A stretch of 64,000 nt of DNA from Anaeramoeba ignava BMAN (taxonomy: Eukaryota; Protista; Anaeramoebae). Positions 1 to 13,291 of this stretch are shown here, piece by piece (the first letter of the stretch is position 1; each line of letters begins with the position of its first letter). The stretch covers positions 62,001 through 126,000 of the forward strand of contig JAPDFW010000059.1 of the NCBI GenBank assembly GCA_028826165.1. Direction: 5' to 3'. The notes beneath the pieces were generated by a model that saw only the letters and a list, made by a program, of their open reading frames with translations, did no database searches and had not been told where the DNA came from. Both the position numbers and the translations under genes were made by a program.

Positions 1-283
1 TTTGAAAATTTATTTTAAAAATATTAAATTTTAAAATATTTATTTAAAATTGAATTTATTTTAAATATTTATTTTCAATATTTATTTTGAATATTTATTT
101 TAAATATTTATATTTGAATATTTATTTTAAATATTTATATTTTCAATATTTATTTGAATATTTATTTGAATATTTATTTGAATATTTATATTTTGAATAT
201 TTATATTTTGAATATTTATATTGAATATTTATTTTGAATATTTATTTTGAAATCAAATATAAAAGTTTCTAAAAATTAATTAC

Positions 284-2027
284 AATCCAACAAAAAATTT
301 TGAAGCAGTTGGACTAAGATGCATAATTTCACCTTTTCTTAAAATTGGAAAAGGTGGTGTTGGATCAATAATTATATCAGGCATAACATCACGAAGACAA
401 TTTTGAGCTTGTGGTAAAATATCAGCAAAAGTTCTTCCTTTTGCACCTTGACCAATACAATGAACAACCCATTGATTTCCATCACTTTCTTTACATTTAA
501 AAATCAATCAAAAAAAAAATTTGTCACTTTTTATTTTTTTTGTTATTTCTTGGATTCGATTTTTTTAATTACCAATATCTCTGTAAATTTTAATCATAAT
601 TAAAGCAGTGTTATCTCCTTGCATCCCAAGACTAATTTCTGTAATAATGTTGTTTGTTTGTCTATCTTTTAATCTTGCTTCTGCTGTCTCCACAGTCACT
701 AGAAATTTTTGATTTTGAATTCAATTTTTGATTTTGATTTTGAATTTAATTTTTAATTTTTAATTTTGATTTAATTTTGATTTAATTTTGAATTAATTTT
801 GATTTAATTTTTAATTTTTGATTTAATTTTGATTTAATTTTGATTTAATTTTGATTTAATTTTGATTTAATTTTGAATTTAATTTTGAATTTAATTTTGA
901 ATTTAATTTTTGATTTTGAATTCGATTTTGAATTTAATTTTTAATTTTTGATTTAATTTTGATTTAATTTTTGATTTAATTTTGAATTTAATTTTGATTT
1001 AATTTTGAATTTAATTTTGAATTTAATTTTGAATTTAATTTTACTTAATGGCTCGCCAGTATAACTTTTAAGAACAACTACTAATGCATTTTGATTTTAA
1101 AATGAAAGTTTGGGTAAATCAATATGAATTACTTCATCATCTCCCTCTCCATCACTAATTAAAATTGAATTTAAAATTGAATTTAAAATTGGATTTAAAA
1201 TTGAATTTAAAATTGAATTTAAAATTGAAATTAAAATTGGATTTAAAATTGTATTTAAAATTGGATTTAAAATTGGATTTAAAATTGGATTTAAAATTGA
1301 ATTTAAAATTGGATTTAAAATTGGATTTAAAATTAAATTTAAAATTGAAATTAAAATTGAATTTAAAATTGGATTTAAAATTGGATTTAAAATTGAATTT
1401 AAAATTGAATTTAAAATTGAATTTAAAATTGAATTTAAAATTGAATTGAATTTAAAATTGAATTTAAAATTGAATTTAAAATTGAATTTAAAATTGGATT
1501 TAAAATTGGATTTAAAATTGAAATTAAAATTGGATTTAAAATTAAAATTGGAATTAAAATTGGATTTAAAATTGGATTTAAAATTGAATTTAAAATTGAA
1601 TTTAAAATTGGATTTAAAATTGAAAGTAAATTCCATTATCATTCTGAATTTGATTTAAATTTGTAATTTGAATTTGTAGTTAATATTAAGAATGAATTTA
1701 ATATGACCAACAAAAATCAATCTCCCCCAAAAAAAAAACAAAAAACAAAAAAGAGAAAAAACGAAAAACAAAGAAAAGAAAAAAGAAGAAAAACAAATAC
1801 CCAATAACAGCATCTCCTTGATGGATAACTGAACCATCATTTGATTGAAGTTTTCCATAATAAACCACATCAGAAATTTTTCCAGAAAAATCAAACATAA
1901 TTATAGAAGCATCTAAATCAACATCAATTCCAGTTTGTGTGCTTGACCATCCCAATCCAACTTCTAATTGTGTTAATGTTTTGGGAAGTGTATACTTTTG
2001 TCCTGGATTAACAATATTACTATTCAT
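284..2027 (-). CDS. TerD/CABP1-like tandem TerD-domain protein (3' part runs off the window start)
   Basis: Exons 2027-1801, 1154-1045, 698-573, 488-284 with GT-AG introns. Motifs VGLGW..DVDLDAS, VYYGKLQSNDGSVIHQGD, GDDEVIHIDL, W...GQGAKGRTF; a second domain starts LRKGE..VGL. One in-frame TAA at 1097-1099. Confidence 0.85.
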
Positions 2028-2079
2028 AATAATTTAAAAATAAAATAAAATTGAAAACTCAAATAAAAAAATAAAAAAA

Positions 2080-2120
2080 TAATTTTTCATTTTTTTCATT
2101 TTTTTCATTTTTTTCATTAT
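2080..2120 (+). promoter_or_regulatory. Tandem TTTTCATTTT initiator-like motifs (representative copy)
   Basis: The same sense-strand motif lies shortly upstream of most ATGs in the window. Confidence 0.6.
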
Positions 2121-2135
2121 TTTTTATTTTTAGAT

Positions 2136-4905
2136 ATGTCAACTCGAAATTATATTTTAAAAGTTATTTTAATTGGTGATTCAGGGTTTGGGATTTCTCT
2201 TCAATTTAAAATTTAAAATTTTAAAATTTAAAATTGAAATTATTTTTTTTAGAGTTGGAAAAACTTCTTTAATGAATACTTATGTGAACCAAAAATTTAG
2301 TGATGAATATAAAGCAACTATTGGAGCAGATTTTCTTACAAAAGAATTGGTTGTATGATTTCAAATAATTTTATAAATAATTTTATAATTAATTTTATAA
2401 ATAATTTTATAAATAATTTTATAATTAATTTTATAAATAATTTTATAAATAATTTTATAAATAATTTTATAAATAATTTTATAAATAATTTTATAAATAA
2501 TTTTATAAATAATTTTATAAATAATTTTATAAATAATTTTATAAATAATTTTATAAATAATTTTATTAATAATTTTATTAATAATTTTATATTTAATTTT
2601 ATATTTAATTTTATAATTAATTTTATAAATAATTTTATAATTAATTTTATATTTAATTTTATAAATAATTTTATAAATAATTTTATATTTAATTTTATAA
2701 ATAATTTTATATTTAATTTAATAATTTATAATTAATTTTATAAATAATTTTATATTTAATTTAATAAATAATTTTATAATTAATTTTATAATTAATTTTA
2801 TATTTAATTTTATAAATAATTTTATAATTAATTTTATAAATAATTTTATAAATAATTTTATAAATAATTTAATATTTAATTTTAATAAATAATTTTATAA
2901 ATAATTTTATAAATAATTTTATAAATAATTTTATAAATAATTTTATAAATAATTTTATAAATAATTTTATAAATAATTTTATAAATAATTTTATAAATAA
3001 TTTTATATTTAATTTTATAAATAATTTTATATTTAATTTTATAAATAATTTTATATTTAATTTTATAAACAATTTTATAAATAATTTTATAAATAATTTT
3101 ATATTTAATTTTATAAATAATTTTATATTTAATTTTATAAATAATTTAATAAATAATTTAATAAATAATTTAATAAATAATTTTATATTTAATTTAATAA
3201 ATAATTTTATAAATAATTTTATAAATAATTTTATATTTAATTTTATAAATAATTTTACTAGATTAATGGAAGCGTAGTAACAATGCAGGTGAGAATTTAA
3301 CAAAAAAATTATAACAAAAAAATTTATATGAAAAATTCTAAAGAAAATTTTTTATTAATCATAATTAGATATGGGATACAGCAGGTTATTTTTACGCAAC
3401 AAATTTTATAATTATTTTTAAAACTCAAAAAAACAAATTAAAATTAAAAAATAAAATAAAAAATTAAAATAAAATAAAACAGGACAAGAAAGATTTCAAA
3501 GTATAAATGTAGCTTTTTATCGAGGAGCTGATTGTTGTATTATGGTTTATGATATAACAGATCATGATTCTTTTGTTCATTTAGGTGATTGGAAAGAAGA
3601 GTTTATGGTTCAATCTGCTTATGAAAATCCTGAAACTTTTCCTTTTGTTGTTATTGGAAACAAAATTGATTGTGATAATGAAAGACTTGTAAGTTTTCTT
3701 TTTTTTTTCTCTTCTTCTTTTAAACTTAAAGTTCGAAACACATTATTTACAAAGAAATTAAAATGATAATTAAAATTAAATCCAATTTTAATTTTAATTT
3801 TAAATTCAATTTTAAATCCAATTTTAAATCCAATTTTAAATCCAATTTTAAATCCAATTTTAAATCCAATTTTAAATCCAATTTTAAATCCAATTTTAAA
3901 TCCAATTTTAAATCCAATTTTAAATCCAATTTTAAATCCAATTTTAATTTCAATTTTAAATTCAATTTTAAATCCAATTTTAAATCCAATTTTAAATCCA
4001 ATTTTAAATTCAATTTTAATTTCAATTTTAAATCCAATTTTAAATTCAATTTTAAATTCAATTTTAAATCCAATTTTAAATTCAATTTCAATTTTAAATT
4101 CAATTTTAAATTCAATTTTTTAAATCCAATTTTAAATTCAATTTTAAATTCAATTTTAAATTCAATTTTAAATTCAATTTTAAATTCAATTTTAAATCCA
4201 ATTTTAAATCCAATTTTAATTTTAATTTTAAATCCAATTTTAAATCCAATTTTAAATTTTAATTTTAAATCCAATTTTAAATCCAATTTTAAATTTCAAT
4301 TTTAAATCCAATTTTAAATCCAATTTTAAATTCAATTTTAAATTCAATTTTAAATTCAATTTTAAATTCAATTTTAAATTCAATTTTAAATCCAATTTTA
4401 AATTCAATTTTAAATCCAATTTTAAATCCAATTTTAAATCCAATTTTAAATCCAATTTTAAATCCAATTTTAAATCCAATTTTAAATTCAATTTTAAATC
4501 CAATTTTAATTTTAAATCCAATTTTAAATTCAATTTTAAATTCAATTCCAATTTTAAATCCAATTTTAAATCCAATTTCAATTTTAAATCCAATTTTAAA
4601 TCCATTTTCAATTTTAAATTTTAAATCCAAATTAAAATTCAACTTCAAAATTCATAAATAAAATTAAGGTTTCTCGAAATGATGTTGAACAATGGTGTAA
4701 ACAAAATGGAAATTTACAATTTTTTGAAACAAGTGCAAAAGAATCAATTAATGTTGATAAAGCATTTATAGCAGTTGCAGAAAGTGCATTAAAAAGAGAA
4801 CAAGAAAGTAATATTTATTCACAATTACCAGAAAATATTTTACTTCCAGATTTTGAAGATGAAACAACAATTCGTCAAAGAAAAAGTAGAGATGGATGCT
4901 GTTAA
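2136..4905 (+). CDS. RAB7: Rab7-family GTPase
   Basis: Exons 2136-2185, 2253-2352, 3262-3288, 3369-3384, 3483-3688, 4669-4905. [61 protein letters not shown]; ends RDGCC*. Confidence 0.93.
2360..3258. repeat. Intronic 12-mer satellite (TTTTATAAATAA)n
   Basis: Rab7 intron 2; a similar unit recurs at about 62130-62530. Confidence 0.93.
3775..4640. repeat. Intronic 12-mer satellite (TTTTAAATYCAA)n
   Basis: Rab7 last intron; the reverse complement fills the TerD intron at 1160-1625. Confidence 0.93.
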
Positions 4906-5131
4906 TAAAGTGAATCAAGATTTCTTTTTTCTTTTTTTTTTTCTTCCACTTTTTTTTTCCACTTTTTTTTTTTTGCTTTTTTTTTTCAATTTGATAGCAA
5001 AAAAAAAATCAATTCTTTATTTCTTTCAAATTTAAATTTCAAAAAAAAAAAAATTAAAAGTTTTTTTTTTAATTTTTTTTTAATTTTTTATTTTTCATTT
5101 TTTTAAATTTTTTTTCTTTTATTTTTTTAAA

Positions 5132-6653
5132 ATGGCTGAAGAGAAAACTTTAAAATTTCTTTTAATAGGAACAACTCTTGTTGGAAAAAGTTCAATTATG
5201 ATGCGTTTTTGTGAAAATAAATTTTTAGATAATATTGGAACAACGATTGGTGTTGATTTTAAATTTGCAGAAGTTAATATTGAAAATGAAAAAATTAAAC
5301 TTGAAATTGTAATTTTAAATTTTTTAATAAAATAATCATAATCAAATTTCTTAAAAAATTGATTAAAAAATCTCATAAAAATTGATTAAAAAATTTTTTA
5401 TTAAAATAAATTTTTTTTCTTTCTTTTTTATTTAAAATTTATTGTTAAAATTTATTCTTGTGAATAAAAGTGGGATACAGCAGGTTTGAATCAAATTACC
5501 ATTCAAAATTGAAATCCAATTAATATTAATTTTAATTTTAATTTTAATTTTAATTTTTAATTTTGATTTTAATTTTGATTTTAATTTTAATTTTAATTTT
5601 AATTTTGATTTTAATTTAAATTTTAATTTTAATTTTAATTTTAATATTAATTTTGATTTTAATTTTATAAATGAATATTAATTTTAATTTAAATTTTAAT
5701 TTTAATTTTAATTTTAATTTTAATATTAATATTAATTTAAATTATAATTTTAATTTTAATTTTAATTTTAATTTTAATATTAATTTATAATTTAAATTCT
5801 AATTTTAATTTTAATTTAAATTTTAATTTTAATTTTAATTTTAATATTAATTTATAATTTAAATTATAATTTTAATTTTAATTTTAATAATTTTAATTTT
5901 AATTTTAATTTTAATATTAATTTAAATTATAATTTTAATTTTAATATTAATTTTAATTTTAATATTAATTTATAATTTAAATTTTAATTTTAATTTTAAT
6001 ATTAATTTTAATTTTAATTTTAATTTTAATATTAATTTTAATTTTAATTTTAATATTAATTATAATTTTAATTTTATTTTTAATTTTAATTATGATTTTA
6101 TAAATGAATTTAAATTATAATTTTGATTTTAATTTTAATTTGATTTTAATTTTAATAATTTTAATTAAACAGGACAAGATAGATTCAGATCAATAACTCC
6201 ATCTTATTATAGAAATACAAACGGAATTATGATTGTTTATGATATTACAAATGAAGAAACATTTGAACACATATCAACATGGTTTCAAGAAATTAAAACA
6301 AATGCACCTGAAGATGTTGTTATATCAATTGTTGGTAACAAATCTGACTTAGAAAATGAAAGAGTTGTTCCTACAAAAAAAGGTCAAAAAATGGCTACTT
6401 CTTATGATTGCTTATTTTTTGAAATGAGCGCAAAATCTGGAAAAAATGTTCGTGAATCTTTTGAAAAAATGGCTATTCAAGCTTTTAAAGTGTAATCATA
6501 AATAATTCTTCTTAAAAATCAATTAAATTTTTTTCTTTAAAATTTTTTAAAAACAAAAATTATTTATATTTTAGAATGAAAAAAACTAAAAAGAAACCAA
6601 CAAAAGAAATTAATTTTGCTTCTCCATCAGTTGATAAGAAGAAATGTTGTTAA
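5132..6653 (+). CDS. Rab GTPase (Rab1/8/18-like, divergent)
   Basis: Exons 5132-5308, 5471-5483, 6173-6491, 6575-6653. TIGVDF, WDTAGQDRFRSITPSYYR, GNKSD, FEMSAK; ends KKKCC*. Confidence 0.9.
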
Positions 6654-7210
6654 TTTTAAATGCTTGATTTATTTTCTTTTTCTCTTTTTTTTTTTCTTCT
6701 TTAAATGATCCATTTTCTAAAAAAAAATAATCAAATCTTTCTTTCTTTCTTTCTTTCTTTTTTTTGAGTATTTTTAGTTGATTATCTTCAATAATAAAAT
6801 AATAAAAGTTATAATAATAATTAATTTAAATTTAATTTTGAATTTTAATTTTGTTTTTGATTTTGATTTTGAATTTAGATTTAAATTTTGATTTTGATTT
6901 TAATTTTAATTTTAATTTTGATTTTGATTTTGATTTTGATTTTGATTTTAATTTTAATTTTGATTTTGATTTTGATTTTGATTTTGATTTTGATTTTGAT
7001 TTTAATTTTGATTTTGATTTTAATTTTGATTTTGATTTAGATTTTAATTTTGTTTTAGATTTTGATTTTGAATTTAGATTTAAATTTAGATTTAAATTTA
7101 GATTTAAATTTTGATTTTGAATTTAGATTTTAATTTAGATTTAAATTTTGATTTTGATTTTGATTTTGATTTTGATTTTGATTTTGATTTTGATTTTAAT
7201 TTTTGAAAAA

Positions 7211-9081
7211 TTAAAAATTTGTAAATATTTTTCGTAAAATAGGTTGTTGTTTTAATTTTGATTTTGCTTCTTTAATTGATAAATTTGAATATTTTGCAAG
7301 TAAAATTGATAAAGGAAGAATATTTCTAAAATTTGCTGAAATATTAATAGTTTCTGATATTGGAATTTGTTTATATTTTTGGAATAAAGACTCTTCATCA
7401 AAATTATAAATTGCACGAAGTAATGCTTTTTCAGCTTCTTGTGGATTGCATTGCGCAATTTCTTGGATGATTTGAATTGATCTGAAATAGAGTTTATTAT
7501 TTGAAACTTGAAGATCAATCATCCGATTCTTAAAAACAGTTCCTTTTAAAACATGAGCACAAGTTGTGATGCTATTAAGAATTAGTTTCATTGAAAAATG
7601 CTTATAGGAAATGAAATCTGGAATTGTTTCATCTGAGAATATATTCGAATACTTCAAATCGATAGTTTGTTTGATATCAAAAAAATCAAAATCCAAATCG
7701 GAAAATGAATCTTGAGAATTTTCTTCTTGTTTTTCTTTTGTAATTTCAATCAAACACAATTTGCACTTCATGCTTTGCTTTTGTTCTCGAAAAAACTTGA
7801 TCCATTTTGGCAATTCGCTGTTTTTTTTAGTTCTATCGAGTAATACACAAACAACATCATATTCAGAAATAAATTTCGAATTATTTTCCTTAAAATCATC
7901 AACAGAAATTTTCAAATAGGGATTTTCAGGATAAATTTTGGATAAATCTCCCTCGTTGTTATTCATTGCAAGCCATCCATTTTCAACGAATCCGCGAACA
8001 GAATCCAAAGTAGCACCGAAAGTTGGTCTACATTCAGAAGCGTCAATGAATCCAAGAATCCCAAAGTTCTCTTCTGAAACATAATACAAATTTCCTCCGT
8101 TTTGAAACCCATTCCCAACAGCTTGAATAATATCGTGGATAGTGTTGAATTGGGAGTAAGTTTGGCGATAAACAAACTCAAAATTACTGAAAACTAACGG
8201 TATTTTTTGGAGAAAATCACGATCCAAAAATTGGGATTGGGATGATTTATGATCCAAAGAAATTTGCAAGAATGATGCTATAGAAACAGCGAATATAGAA
8301 TATAAAAGGATGAGTGTTGCTGAGCCTGATTTCATTCTTGTTGAGCCTGTGATAGCTTCTGGACCAACAACAGGATTTAAAACGATAAAATTCTCGCAAT
8401 CCTTGAATTTTGTGACAACATCATAAAAAGATTTTCCCCAACCGTCAACTGTGTATTTCCTCGCCATATCGATGGGGTTGAATCCCAGCAGCACGCATTG
8501 CTGATTCTGTTGCATGATATACTCAATTTGGCCGCCAATATAAGGCGCTGATAAACCACAAGTAATTCCAATATATAAAACGTTATTTTTTCCGTTTATT
8601 ATTTTTTGCAAGTCTTCAACTCCTGCAGATGGGGAATCTTCTACCCCTTCTTTGGCAGTTAAAAGAGCTGCATCTCCTCCTGATATTGTGTACTTTATTT
8701 CGCTTTTTTGGTTGAAGTGTTTGAGTATTTCGTTCGTGTTTTTGCTCACAAAATATGCTAATCGTCCACTTGTTCCACAACCACTAAGCACAATTACGCT
8801 ATCCTCAGGTGATTTGAGAATCGATATTACAGTGCTGATAATACTTGCGATTTTTTGGTGAATTTTGGGATGATTTAATGAATTATAATTTTTCCAACCT
8901 TTATTTTTAAAAAATTAAATTTAAAATTAGATAAAAATTTAAAATTAAGATGCAATTAAAAATTACCTGAAAATATTTCAGAATCGATAGAAAATAATAT
9001 TTTAACCATTTCTAATGGCGTTAATTTATCAATTTCATTTGAAATTTCATTTGGAAGTTCTGTAATTCTAATATTTTGCAT
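7211..9081 (-). CDS. Glucokinase regulatory protein-like double-SIS protein (MurQ/GCKR family)
   Basis: Exons 9081-8967 and 8898-7211. ITELPN, SGCGTSGRLA, GITCGLSAPY, GPEAITGSTRMK, DASECRPTFG, NRMIDLQVSNNKLYFR. Confidence 0.88.
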
Positions 9082-9162
9082 TTTTCTAAATAAAAAAATA
9101 ATTTAATTTTTTTTTTCATTTTTTTCTTTTTTTCATTTTCTTTTCTCAAAACAAAAAATAAT

Positions 9163-10693
9163 ATGCTCCATAATGTTTTAATTATCAGCAGAGCAGGAAT
9201 GCTTTTATTCAACAAGGATTTCTTAACTCAACTTGAAAAACCAGGGCTTTTAGCAAGTTTAATTTCAACAATATTTAATTTCTCACTGGATTCAACAGGA
9301 ATGGCAGTTTCATATATTGAGCTCACAAAACGTAACAAATCAAAACATTTTAAAAAAGAACCAAAAAACGGATTTCAATTCTAACAAGCAAATCTCAAAA
9401 TTTCTAGTCGCAATAACTGTTGTAAACGACGATGCAACTCATATTTATTGCGTGCTTTTTCACGATATGGAAGATGTATAATTAGATTGGATATATAAAA
9501 TCGGATTAACAAAATTTAACCGAAATTTTTATCTGTTAATTTAGGGAGCTGAATTCGGGAAAATTGTCGCAAATGAAATTTTGGATCGTTTTAAAAAAGA
9601 ATATAATATGGACTTCAATAATACAATTTTGGTAAAGTCTTTCCATGGTTTCCATTCAAAAATTCCAGATGCAATTCGAAATACTGTCCGTCCTGTTTTG
9701 GTCAAGTGTATTTATTTGTTTTTTTTTGTTTGAATTTTTTGATCCAAAAATTTTTTTGAAATTTTTTTAAAAAAAAAAGTACAAAGAACTCCTGGTGTTA
9801 AAAATGCGTTGTTAGTTGAAGATACTGTTGTTACTTATGCAGCTCGACAAATTGATCAACTTGGAGTTGTTGCAAATATACGAGCTCTTTTAATTTCAAG
9901 TTCTGAAATGAGTAAAAAAATTTTTATCCGATTTTAAATTTTAATTTTAATTTCATAAATGAATTTTAATTTTAATTTTAATTTTAATATTAATTTTTAT
10001 CCGATTTTAATTTTATAATTTAATTTTAATTTTAATTTTAATTTTAATATTAATATTAAATTTAATTTTAATTTTAATTTTAATTTCATAAATGAATTTG
10101 AATTTTAATTTTAATTTTAATTTTAATTTTAATTTTAATCCATAAATGGATAAATGAATTTTAATTTTAATTTTAATTTTAATTTTAATTTTAATTTTAT
10201 AAATGAATTTGAATTTTAATTTTGATTTTAATTTTAATTTTAATTTTAATTTTAATTTTAATTTTAATTTTAATTTTTATCCGATTTTAATTTTAATTTT
10301 AATTTCATAAATGAATTTTAATTTTAATTTTAATTTTAATTTTAATTTTTATCCGATTTTAATTTTATAAATGAATTTTAATTTTAATTTTTTATTTAGT
10401 GTCTTTAAAAGCTGATTCTCCTTTTTATGTTTCTATTGATAATAATGAAAATTTAATTCATATATCAAAGATTGAAAAAGCTCTTCTTGTTGTTGTTAGT
10501 AAAAAATCAGAAAATAATGAAATTTGTGCTGAAGCTATTCATGAAGCTGTTGAAATGTTAAAGAAAGGTAAAAAATTTAATTGAAAAATTTTAATCAAAA
10601 AAAAAATTTTAATCAAAAAATTTTTTTTCCGTTTTTATTTTAGTTTTTTCAATCTTGTCAAATTTGGATAGTAATCGTTCATTTCGAGATTGA
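9163..10693 (+). CDS. Longin-like plus roadblock/LC7-like domain protein
   Basis: Multi-exon gene with GT-AG introns, stop at 10691-10693. N-terminus MLHNVLIISRAGMLLFNKDF fits a longin pattern; C-half LQRTPGVKNALLV...IHISKIEKALLVVVS fits a roadblock pattern. Domain calls are by eye. Confidence 0.6.
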
Positions 10694-10912
10694 TTTTCTT
10701 TCTTCTTTTTCTTTTCTTTTCTTTTCTTTTTTTTCTTTTTCTTTTTCTTTTTCTTTGTTTTCTTTTTATTAAAAAAAAATCCAAAAAGAATAAATTTTCC
10801 CATTATTTTAAATTTGATTTAATTTTAAATTGGATTTTAATTTAAATTTAATTTTAATTTTAATTTTAATTTTGATTTAATTTTGATTTTAAATTTGATT
10901 TTAATTTTAATT

Positions 10913-13193
10913 TTAATTTAAATTGGATTGATTTTCATCATCTAAATTGGATTGATCTATTAAATCTAAATTGGATTGATCCATTAAATCTAAATTGGAT
11001 TGATCTATTAAATCATTTGGATTTGAAGATAATTGATAATATTCTTGAACATCAAACAATTCACTTAAAATCAAAGGATCATTAACATTTTCCATTTTAT
11101 TCGAATAAATAAACTGGAGAACTAAACGAATTGTTTCATCAGATTTTGAACTCATATCAGAAACTTGATTACTTTCATCACAAGAATTAGTAAATAATCC
11201 TCGATATAATTCACTTCTTGCAGCAAGAATAATTTTATGAACATGAAAAACACTTGAAGAACCAATAATTTTGAAATCAGAAGAATTTTCATCATTAAAA
11301 AGTTTAGATAAATAACTTGGTAAAGTTGGAAAAGTTGAGAAAATTTTCTGGTTTAATTTGATTTTTTTGTAAAATTGATTTTATAAGATAAATAAGTGAT
11401 TGAATATCAAGTTCTTGAGCAATAACAAGAAGTTCTTGCATAATTTCTTCATCATATAAATCTTTATGTTGTGATTCCATCAATTGTGAATAAATTGAAG
11501 AAAATTCTGTTGAAGATTTTTGAGCATCAAAAGTTGGTGAAACTGATTTTATTTTTGGAATATCTTCCAAAATATTTTTCTGTTTAAGAAGAGAATCTAA
11601 AGAAAATATTTCTGTATAAATGAAATGAAGAATAATTAACATAATTTGAAATGAATGTGAACTGCAAGTCATAATAAATTTTTGAATGTTTTTGCATTTT
11701 GATTGTATTATTAATTTATGAACTTTAAATGATCCTCCAATACAACTAACTTCAAGATCTGAAAGAAAACCTGATTTTAAAAGCCATTTGAAATCGTAAG
11801 TGTATTCATTTGGAAATTTAATGTAAGTTATATCTCCAAGTACATCTCCTAGTGGTCTTGATGATCCTCCATAAAGAATAGCTTTGGAATTATCAAAAAA
11901 ATGAAATGTGTGATCTGCTCTTGGTATATTTAATTGTGTGCTAATTGTTTTTATTTCTTTCCATTTCTCTTTTTTTATTGAATATCCATAACTGTCAAAA
12001 AGACTTGATGATTTTCCATCTCCTCCTCCTTGAATAAAAATATCATCTTGAATTGGTCTAAAAGTAGATACATGCCCAGCTCTTTTTCGAATTCAAATTA
12101 AATTGAATTTTGGAATTTAATTTTGATTTTGATTTTAATTTTAATTTTAATTTTAATTTTAATTTTAATTTTAATTTTAATTTTAATTTTGATTTTAATT
12201 TTAATTTTTATTTTATTTTTTTAATTTTAATTTTAATTTTAATTTTAGAATTTTAATTTTAATTTTTGATTTTGATTTTAAACCTTTCATGAGGTAAATA
12301 AAAAGGATCTTGAATTTTAATTTCAGTCCAAGTCAAAGTAACCAAATCTAATTCCCATAAATCATTTGAATAAACCCTAAAAAAAGAATTAATATTTCCA
12401 CCCATAATAAACATTTTTTCATGATGAAAAGGATGATTATAAATAGTAACAGAATGGCCATATCTTGGAGGAGGATTACCAACAGTTTTGATTCGATTCC
12501 ATTTTTTTTGAGATAAAGAAAAAACCCAAGTATCATTAAGAATATCTTGATCAGCTCCACCAAAAATCCACATTTGATTTTGAGAATCTAAAATTGCTGA
12601 ATGTCTTAATCTTTTACAAGGAATTTCATCTTCAATTTCTAATTTTTTGAAACTGTTTTTTTGTGAATTATATTGATATATTGTGTTTATTATTGAATTA
12701 TCTTCTAATGTTCCTCCAAAAAATATAAGCTTTTTCTCCTTTTCATATCCAACTCCTGATTGTCTAAATATCTTTTTGATTTCAAACCAAATTTAAAATT
12801 TTTTTATTATTAATAATTTTTTCTTGATTTTTTCTTTTTTTAAAATTCAAACATTTGGTATTTTTTCTTTTTTTGGTTCAATTTTTTCCCATTTAAGTGG
12901 TAATTTAGAAAAGTTTAATTGATATAAATCATTTAATATATTTCCTTGACCACCTCCACCTTCTTATAATTTTTATATTTTTAATTTTTAATTTTAATTT
13001 TAATTTTAATTTTAATTTTAATTTTAATTTTTATTTTTATTTCAAAAATACGTCCAATTCCATCATGACCTCCAAAAAGAAAAAATGTATTTAATGATTT
13101 TAAATAAACTGATGAATGTCCAAAACGTTTTGTTGGTGTATTTTCTGTTTCAAGTTTAACCCAAAAATTAAAAGGAAAATTTTCGAAATTCAT
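10913..13193 (-). CDS. Kelch-repeat + BTB protein (LZTR1-like architecture)
   Basis: Kelch repeats (RFGHS..LFGG, PPPRYGHS..IMGG, RAGH, RADH) followed by BTB motifs FKVHKLII and FHVHKIILAARSELYRGLF. Three GT-AG introns; 1-nt frameshift at a homopolymer near 11340. Confidence 0.85.
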
Positions 13194-13291
13194 TTTTTAA
13201 AAAATTGGATTGAAATGAAAAAATGAAAAAATGAAAAAATGAAAAATGAAAAATGAAAAAATGAAAAAATGAAAAATGAAAGATAAAGTTC

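Noticed and set aside
1097-4648. Long low-complexity ORFs ([16 protein letters not shown]; also ILIL/KIKI/DFDF at 6.8, 22-23, 26.3, 29.5 and 51.6 kb)
   Set aside because: They are translations of intronic or intergenic 6/12-mer satellites; the flanking exons splice cleanly around them.
12080-13060. Non-canonical splice sites
   Set aside because: Every intron I traced resolves with GT-AG in the correct phase.
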